Part shown: piece after piece, positions 1 through 4,008 of the stretch
How positions within the stretch are numbered: the stretch's first letter is position 1
Layout of the letters: each line of letters begins with the position of its first letter
Origin: a virus
Lineage: Duplodnaviria; Heunggongvirae; Uroviricota; Caudoviricetes
Length of the DNA stretch: 4,008 nucleotides
Strand: one strand, 5' to 3'
IMG/VR virus record: IMGVR_UViG_2778261301_000010
The notes under the pieces: generated by a model
Seen by the model: the letters and a program-made list of their open reading frames with translations, nothing else
What the model was told of the DNA's origin: nothing
The model's database searches: none
Translations under genes and position numbers: made by a program

Positions 1-163
1 CCTCCTCACGGGGGACAGAAAGCGTCACGCTGTACGTTTTCAGGTTGGCATTCAGCCCGGCAGGCGCTCGCTGGGAACAGCCATCACCAAAGCGCACCTT
101 TCTTACAGAAGGGGCCGAAGCCACATCCATACCGGGTTTCACTTTCCAGCGGAAGGTTTTCAT
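1..163 (-). CDS. M: Minor tail protein M, N-terminal 54 codons only (3' end lies beyond the left edge of the window)
   Basis: Reverse complement of 1..163 reads ATG AAA ACC TTC CGC TGG AAA GTG AAA CCC GGT ATG GAT..., giving MKTFRWKVKPGMDVASAPSVRKVRFGDGCSQRAPAGLNANLKTYSVTLSVPREE. This matches the recalled N-terminus of lambda gpM almost residue for residue. The ATG (163..161) overlaps the H stop TGA (162..160) as ATGA, and GGAGG lies 6 nt upstream (170..174). Position directly downstream of the tape measure gene fits lambda synteny. Confidence 0.85.
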   Translation of the reverse strand, partial: MKTFRWKVKPGMDVASAPSVRKVRFGDGCSQRAPAGLNANLKTYSVTLSVPREE

Positions 164-3100
164 CGTCCACCTCCGGAGAACAGACCACCATCACGGGACT
201 GCTGTTGCATAAAGTCCGCTGCTGCTTTTTTCCCGAGGTCATAAACCACCTTCAGGGCAGCCGGACCTATCTGCCCGTTCGTGCCATCGTTATTGATCTC
301 GATGTTGTACTGCGGGGCAAACATCGCCATACCTGAACCACCAATATCCGCCACAACCCCCAGCTTACCGTCAGCACCACGACGCAGAGGCAGAATGGCT
401 TCAGGCCCAGCTTCCCCCATCACACCTGCACCTTTTGCAAAAGCAAAAAACGTCGGACGGTTAACCACCGTGCCACTGTAGCGACTCAAATCAGCAGACT
501 GATAAACACCACCATCAGCATTGGGCGTCACACTGGCAGTTGCTGCACTCCCCCAGCCAAACGCCGAACCAATCCCCTTAACTGCCTGCATCATGGACAT
601 CTGGGCCATGATTTTTGCCAGATCAGAAAGGAGCGAGGCGGTAAAAGATTTGAAGTTCAGTTTTCCGGTAGTACAGAACGTTGCCAGTGCATTACCTGCA
701 CTGTTAAATGCCGCTGTAAGCATCTGCTCAGCAGTGCCTGCCGCATTATCCGCATCTGCCGTGAAATTCTGAAACGCCCGCATAGCACCGTTTTTCCAGT
801 TACCCTGAGCAATTTCAAGCTGTTGCCAGTAACGGCGATTCTCATTCAGTTGTCGGTTCAGGCTCTCCGTCAGCGCCTGCTCGGCCTTTCTGTAGTCATC
901 CGTGTTATATGTCCCTTTCTGCTCACTATCCCGCCTCAACTGCTCCAGCTGTTGCTGGTATTTCTGGCGAAGACTCAGTTGTACCTGATATCGCTGCCGC
1001 TGCTGATCACCCATACCCACCGTGGCGATATCCAGGTCATGTTGCTGACGCTGAGCGCGCTCTTCTTCAGCCAGTTGACTGGTCAGCTGAATTGTTTTTT
1101 TCTTCAGATCGTTGAGTGCCGTCTGTTTCTGAAGCTCCTGCTGTTTTACATCCAGCAGCGTCAGTGCCTGAATCAGTTCATCTTTACGGGCCAGCACACT
1201 CTTTTCATCTGCCGTCAGTTTTTTCCCGTCCAGATCGCTGATGCGCTGCTGCAGAGCCAGAAGCTGTTTATGCGCTTCTGTCATCCTGTCAGTGGCAATG
1301 CCTGCTGACTGTCTTGCAGCAGCAATCTGTCCTTCCACCTGTGCCTGTTGCTGGCTGTACTGCAGCAATAACCGGGTGGCCTCATCATTACGGGTTTCAC
1401 GTGTTTTTTTCTTACCGGATGCCAGGGCTTTCTCGTAACGTTCATTTTCACGTTGTATCGCCGCATCCCTGACAGCCTGATCGGCGTACTGCATGGCATT
1501 AATACGCGCAATTTCACGCTGATGTCGTGCAGCTTCCGTTTCATTCATCCGGTTCAGTGCAGCATTTTCAGCATTACGGCGTTTCTGTTGCTCCTGATAA
1601 TTCCGCTCTGCCTGCTCTTTTGCATCCTGCAAATCCTTCTGGCGTTTTTTCTCCTGAAGATCGTTAAGACGCTGCTGATCGTATTCAACCTGAGAAGATG
1701 ATGCCGTCCAGGGGAGTCTTTTCGCCCGCGACACTTTCTCCTGCAAAGTGGCAATCTGCGCATCCAGCGAATCTTCACGACCAATATTCATGGCCGCATC
1801 CCAGAACTGCTTCCACCAGTCAGACAAGGTTTGCAGCGTACTACCCAGCGCATTGAGGTTATTATCAATATCCGCAGTACGCCGACCGGTTTCCTCTGCC
1901 AGTGCAGACATGGCTATCCGTGCCGCATCACTGGACCGCCCCTGCTCTCCAAGGACGCGTATCTGCTCAAGCTGAGTGGCAGTAAGAAAATGCAGCTCAT
2001 TGTCCAGAGACTTCGCGGCATTTACAGGATCATCCTTCAGCCGCTTAAACTGATTTATGGTATCGCTGACCGACTGGCCAACCGATCGCTCCATCTGTGC
2101 GGCAGCTCTCGCCACCATACCGATATCGTTTCCACGAAATGCACCACTCCCCACCACCTGAGCCAGCGCACCGGCTGCAGCATGTTGCGTGATACCATTC
2201 CCGGAAATAGCACGACTGAGCGTCCACAGCTGCCCGGCAGTGACTCCGGCATAATGCCCCGTCAGCGACAGCTGGCGGTTAAATTCTTCCCCCTCCTTCT
2301 GACCGTCATACCAGGCTTTACCCAGACCATAGACAGCCGCGGCAATACCACCAATAACCCCGCCCAGCATCATGCCTTTCGGTGACATCAATGTGTCTAT
2401 CCACCCGGCACGGTTAGCCAGCGTTATTCCGGATCCCCTCAGCGCACCTAAATTTCCGCGGGCCAGTTCACCTATCAGAACGCCTATCTCCTGACGGGCC
2501 GCTGCACTTTTCAGACCCAGCGAATGCGTGGCTTTTCCTGCCTGCTCCATTTTGCGGATATACACTTCTGCAGCACTGCTTACCCCCAGCTGGGCAGCCT
2601 TAGCACGAAGCAACTCAGAAGAAGAAAGATTCTGGCGGGTTGCCTGCTCTTTAAGCTGACGGATAAACGCCACTTTCTGTCGGGTAGCCTCTTCCTCAGC
2701 CTGTGTAAGAACACGGGTTTTCGCCGTAACCTCAGAAATCAGCGCCAGATAATCCTGCTGACCAATCCCGCCACTGTTTCTGGCCTGTCGGATCTGCTGC
2801 TGAATACGCTGTAATTCCTGCAGCCCCGCACTGGCCTGTTTCACACTGTCAATCTGACGATAAAACGCAGCAGCCGCTTTATCCTGAGCCTCCGCCAGAG
2901 CCATGGCCTGCGCCTGTTCCTCGCGCATTTTCTGGCTCAGCGCCTCCATGCGCTGGCGGGTTTTCTCCACCTCGCGGGCCATGCGTTCATGAGCCTGTGC
3001 GTTCTTCTCCACCGTCTGCGCATGGACGGATGCGGCTGTTGCAGCCGAAGACGCCGCCTGCGTTGTCTGCCGGGCGGCCTGAGTCTGACGCTCCATAAAA

Positions 3101-3234
3101 CGCTGCATACGGGCAGAAGACCGTTCTGCATCGCTGGCTGCACCATTCAGAAGGTTTTTGATACGGGGGATTTCATTTTTAAACTCTGCCGCATCAATCC
3201 CCAAATCAATGACCAGGTTGGCTATCTGGTCCAT
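160..3234 (-). CDS. H: Tail tape measure protein, lambda gpH family (1024 aa from the ATG at 3234)
   Basis: One uninterrupted 3.1 kb minus-strand ORF. The C-terminus INNDGTNGQIGPAALKVVYDLGKK...RDGGLFSGGGR matches the recalled lambda gpH C-terminus (INNDGTNGQIGPAALKAVYDMARK...RDGGLFSGGGR). The N-terminus MDQIANLVIDLGIDAAEF aligns with lambda MAEPVGDLVVDLSLDAARF. The body is long, Q/A/R/E-rich and coiled-coil-like with a Gly/Ala-rich hydrophobic segment, as expected for a tape measure protein. The ORF track starts at 3264, but that codon is TTG; the ATG at 3234..3232 has GGAGG 8 nt upstream and aligns with the lambda start, so it is preferred. Confidence 0.9.
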   Translation of the reverse strand: MDQIANLVIDLGIDAAEFKNEIPRIKNLLNGAASDAERSSARMQRFMERQTQAARQTTQAASSAATAASVHAQTVEKNAQAHERMAREVEKTRQRMEALSQKMREEQAQAMALAEAQDKAAAAFYRQIDSVKQASAGLQELQRIQQQIRQARNSGGIGQQDYLALISEVTAKTRVLTQAEEEATRQKVAFIRQLKEQATRQNLSSSELLRAKAAQLGVSSAAEVYIRKMEQAGKATHSLGLKSAAARQEIGVLIGELARGNLGALRGSGITLANRAGWIDTLMSPKGMMLGGVIGGIAAAVYGLGKAWYDGQKEGEEFNRQLSLTGHYAGVTAGQLWTLSRAISGNGITQHAAAGALAQVVGSGAFRGNDIGMVARAAAQMERSVGQSVSDTINQFKRLKDDPVNAAKSLDNELHFLTATQLEQIRVLGEQGRSSDAARIAMSALAEETGRRTADIDNNLNALGSTLQTLSDWWKQFWDAAMNIGREDSLDAQIATLQEKVSRAKRLPWTASSSQVEYDQQRLNDLQEKKRQKDLQDAKEQAERNYQEQQKRRNAENAALNRMNETEAARHQREIARINAMQYADQAVRDAAIQRENERYEKALASGKKKTRETRNDEATRLLLQYSQQQAQVEGQIAAARQSAGIATDRMTEAHKQLLALQQRISDLDGKKLTADEKSVLARKDELIQALTLLDVKQQELQKQTALNDLKKKTIQLTSQLAEEERAQRQQHDLDIATVGMGDQQRQRYQVQLSLRQKYQQQLEQLRRDSEQKGTYNTDDYRKAEQALTESLNRQLNENRRYWQQLEIAQGNWKNGAMRAFQNFTADADNAAGTAEQMLTAAFNSAGNALATFCTTGKLNFKSFTASLLSDLAKIMAQMSMMQAVKGIGSAFGWGSAATASVTPNADGGVYQSADLSRYSGTVVNRPTFFAFAKGAGVMGEAGPEAILPLRRGADGKLGVVADIGGSGMAMFAPQYNIEINNDGTNGQIGPAALKVVYDLGKKAAADFMQQQSRDGGLFSGGGR
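170..174 (-). promoter_or_regulatory. Shine-Dalgarno (GGAGG) for M, embedded in the last codons of H
   Basis: Minus-strand sequence TTC TCC GGA GGT GGA CGA TGA (FSGGGR*) contains GGAGG 6 nt upstream of the M ATG; the M start overlaps the H stop (ATGA). Confidence 0.7.
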
Positions 3235-3963
3235 AACGCACACCTCCGGAAATACCTTCCCCAAGATGCATCAGTTCTTCGTCCGTTCGCTCCGGTATCC
3301 CGTTCTCTTCCGGTAAAAGGCTGAAATCAGCCACCGCAGCATCACTGCTGCCGGACACCATTCTCACGATCAATGCCTTCAGCGAGGCAAACTGCGCATC
3401 CATCCACACATCACTGAAGCTCTGCATCCGGAAATAATCGCCCCACTCACCAAGCTCAGTGGCCGACATTTCCGACAGCATCCGCCGCCAGTCTGCCCGC
3501 CGGAACTCCCGGGCAAGCCGCATGACAAACTGCATTTCCCGCGTCAGGACTTTTCCGGCGTCAGCACCTCATGCTCCAAATCCCCGGCATTCTCAATGGC
3601 TCCCATACCGCTCAGCGACAGAACCATCTCCGCCCCCGCACCCAGGGCATCATACGACCATGTTGTAATTACGGATGCGCAAAGCGTCTCAACATCCTGA
3701 GACTGTTCCGCATTCCACAGTGAGCGGGAAACCAGCCAGGCATTGATATCCATCCCCATCCGCAGAAAAGCAATCTGTCGTTCAGCCTCCGGCAGTTCTC
3801 CCTCTTCGGCATCAAACTTTGCCGTTCGCTGCTGAACAAACGCCAGATATTCAATTCTCTGCAGCCCGGACAGCTCACTGAGCACCACGGACTGCTTTTC
3901 ATAATTAAACGTGCCCTGTTTCAGAAACATCGTAAGCGTAAACTGACCGCCGTATGTAGCCAT
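3206..3963 (-). CDS. T: Tail assembly chaperone G-T fusion (gpGT), made by programmed -1 ribosomal frameshift near 3550..3556; T-frame part is 3206..3556; predicted product about 252 aa
   Basis: The T reading frame is open from a T-frame TGA at 3569..3571 down to the TGA at 3206..3208. It is offset by -1 from G and overlaps G's last 9 codons. The heptamer GGAAAAG sits in this overlap (zero frame CCG GAA AAG TCC TGA; -1 frame GGA AAA GTC CTG). Predicted junction: ...EVLTPEK / VLTREMQFVMRLAREF... The 3' end overlaps the H start by 29 nt. This arrangement is the conserved G/GT recoding unit of long-tailed phages. Confidence 0.8.
3243..3247 (-). promoter_or_regulatory. Shine-Dalgarno (GGAGG) for the tape measure gene, embedded in the T-frame coding sequence
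   Basis: Minus-strand sequence TCCGGAGGTGTGCGTT-ATG: GGAGG with an 8-nt spacer to the ATG at 3234. In the T frame the same bases encode Ser-Gly-Gly. Confidence 0.7.
3544..3963 (-). CDS. G: Tail assembly chaperone G (lambda gpG family), 139 aa from the first ATG
   Basis: ORF of 139 codons immediately upstream of the tape measure gene. The internal stretch MFLKQGTF...VVLSELSGLQRIEYLAF resembles the recalled lambda gpG N-terminus (MFLKTESFEHNGVTVTLSELSALQRIEHLAL). It ends 2 codons after a slip site from which a -1 frame continues, the defining G/GT architecture. The true start could be the ATG at 3930..3928, which is where the lambda-like sequence begins; neither candidate has a clear SD. Confidence 0.85.
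   Translation of the reverse strand: MATYGGQFTLTMFLKQGTFNYEKQSVVLSELSGLQRIEYLAFVQQRTAKFDAEEGELPEAERQIAFLRMGMDINAWLVSRSLWNAEQSQDVETLCASVITTWSYDALGAGAEMVLSLSGMGAIENAGDLEHEVLTPEKS
3550..3556 (-). other. Putative -1 frameshift slippery heptamer GGAAAAG (recoding signal for G-T)
   Basis: Plus strand 3550..3556 is cttttcc, reverse complement GGAAAAG. The A-site codon AAG (Lys) can re-pair on AAA after a -1 slip. It is the only slippery motif within the 22-nt window where both the G and T frames are open (3547..3568). Confidence 0.6.
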
Positions 3964-3981
3964 CAGACGAGAATTGGTAAC

Positions 3982-4008
3982 TTAGACGCCCATCTGATAT
4001 AGACGGAC
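3982..4008 (-). CDS. Probable 3' end of the upstream late gene (by synteny the major tail protein, gpV-like); frame and exact stop uncertain
   Basis: By lambda synteny the gene upstream of G is V, and the operon here has no gaps. Two frames stay open to the right edge: one ends at TAA 3982..3984 (tail ...VRLYQMGV*, 18-nt gap to the G ATG), the other ends at TGA 3963..3965 overlapping the G ATG as TGATG (tail ...SKLPILV*). Forty-five bases are too few to choose or to confirm identity. Confidence 0.3.
   Translation of the reverse strand, partial: VRLYQMGV

Noticed and set aside
2952-2959. Chi-like octamer (gctggcgg) and other CTGCTG/CAGCAG-rich stretches resembling repeats
   Set aside because: No exact Chi (GCTGGTGG or its complement) found by eye. 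The CAG/CTG richness comes from Gln/Leu/Ala codons of the coiled-coil tape measure protein, not from tandem DNA repeats.
657-3146. Minus-strand alternative-frame ORFs inside H (657..845, 1281..1544, 1554..1784, 2045..2227, 2055..2252, 2937..3146)
   Set aside because: They are out of frame within a conserved gene. Translations are Arg/Cys/His-rich nonsense typical of off-frame reading of GC-rich DNA, with no start context.
3234-3264. Tape measure gene starting at 3264, as in the ORF track
   Set aside because: The codon at 3264..3262 is TTG with no SD. The ATG at 3234 has GGAGG 8 nt upstream and aligns with the lambda gpH N-terminus.
3495-3514. GC-rich hairpin candidate (GCCCGG-GAGTT-CCGG-CGGGC) downstream of the slip site as a frameshift stimulator
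   Set aside because: It lies about 35 to 55 nt downstream of the heptamer, well beyond the usual 5 to 9 nt spacer, and short GC palindromes occur by chance in GC-rich coding DNA. The lambda G-T shift is not known to need a structure.
3206-3535. T as an independent gene starting at the ATG at 3535
   Set aside because: The T frame stays open upstream of this ATG through the slip site, the ATG has no good SD, and the family is known to be expressed only as a G-T fusion. It is treated as the frameshifted part of GT.
281-3668. Eleven plus-strand ORFs from the six-frame track (281..481, 521..772, 823..1308, 909..1115, 1241..1438, 1453..1701, 1748..1975, 1831..2385, 2524..2814, 2989..3324, 3459..3668)
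   Set aside because: All are antisense to the strongly supported tail genes. Their translations are low-complexity (Leu/Ser/Arg/Cys-rich) with no recognisable domains or convincing RBS. Long antisense ORFs are expected opposite a GC-rich, stop-poor gene like a tape measure gene.
3669-3902. Minus-strand alternative-frame ORF inside G (3669..3902)
   Set aside because: Embedded out of frame within the conserved G gene; translation is Cys/Arg/Trp-rich with no recognisable domain or start context. Not the T frame, which is 3206..3556.
1-4008. Defence system, toxin-antitoxin, moron/cargo gene, CRISPR array, tRNA, or IS element
   Set aside because: The window is fully occupied by contiguous, overlapping tail genes. 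There are no direct repeats with spacers, no tRNA-like structure, no inverted terminal repeats, and no unexplained ORF with a start context.

Overview
The whole window is one tightly packed, minus-strand block of lambda-like siphovirus tail morphogenesis genes, in the canonical order (V)-G-T-H-M read right to left. It contains a probable 3' tip of the upstream major tail gene (about 3982..4008), tail assembly chaperone G (3544..3963), the G-T fusion made by a programmed -1 frameshift (T-frame part 3206..3556), a 1024-aa tail tape measure protein H (160..3234) and the first 54 codons of minor tail protein M (1..163). Gene junctions are overlapping or coupled (T/H overlap 29 nt, H/M share ATGA), so there is no intergenic space. 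I see no RNA genes, CRISPR, IS elements, or accessory/defence cargo; I do not find a novel system here and regard this as ordinary, conserved phage or prophage structural DNA. The points worth a second look are a one-base variant of the lambda G-T slip heptamer, an N-proximal expansion of about 170 residues in the tape measure protein, and Shine-Dalgarno sequences embedded in Ser-Gly-Gly codons. All plus-strand ORFs in the supplied track are antisense to these genes and are judged non-coding. Similarity to lambda proteins is from recalled sequence, not a database search.
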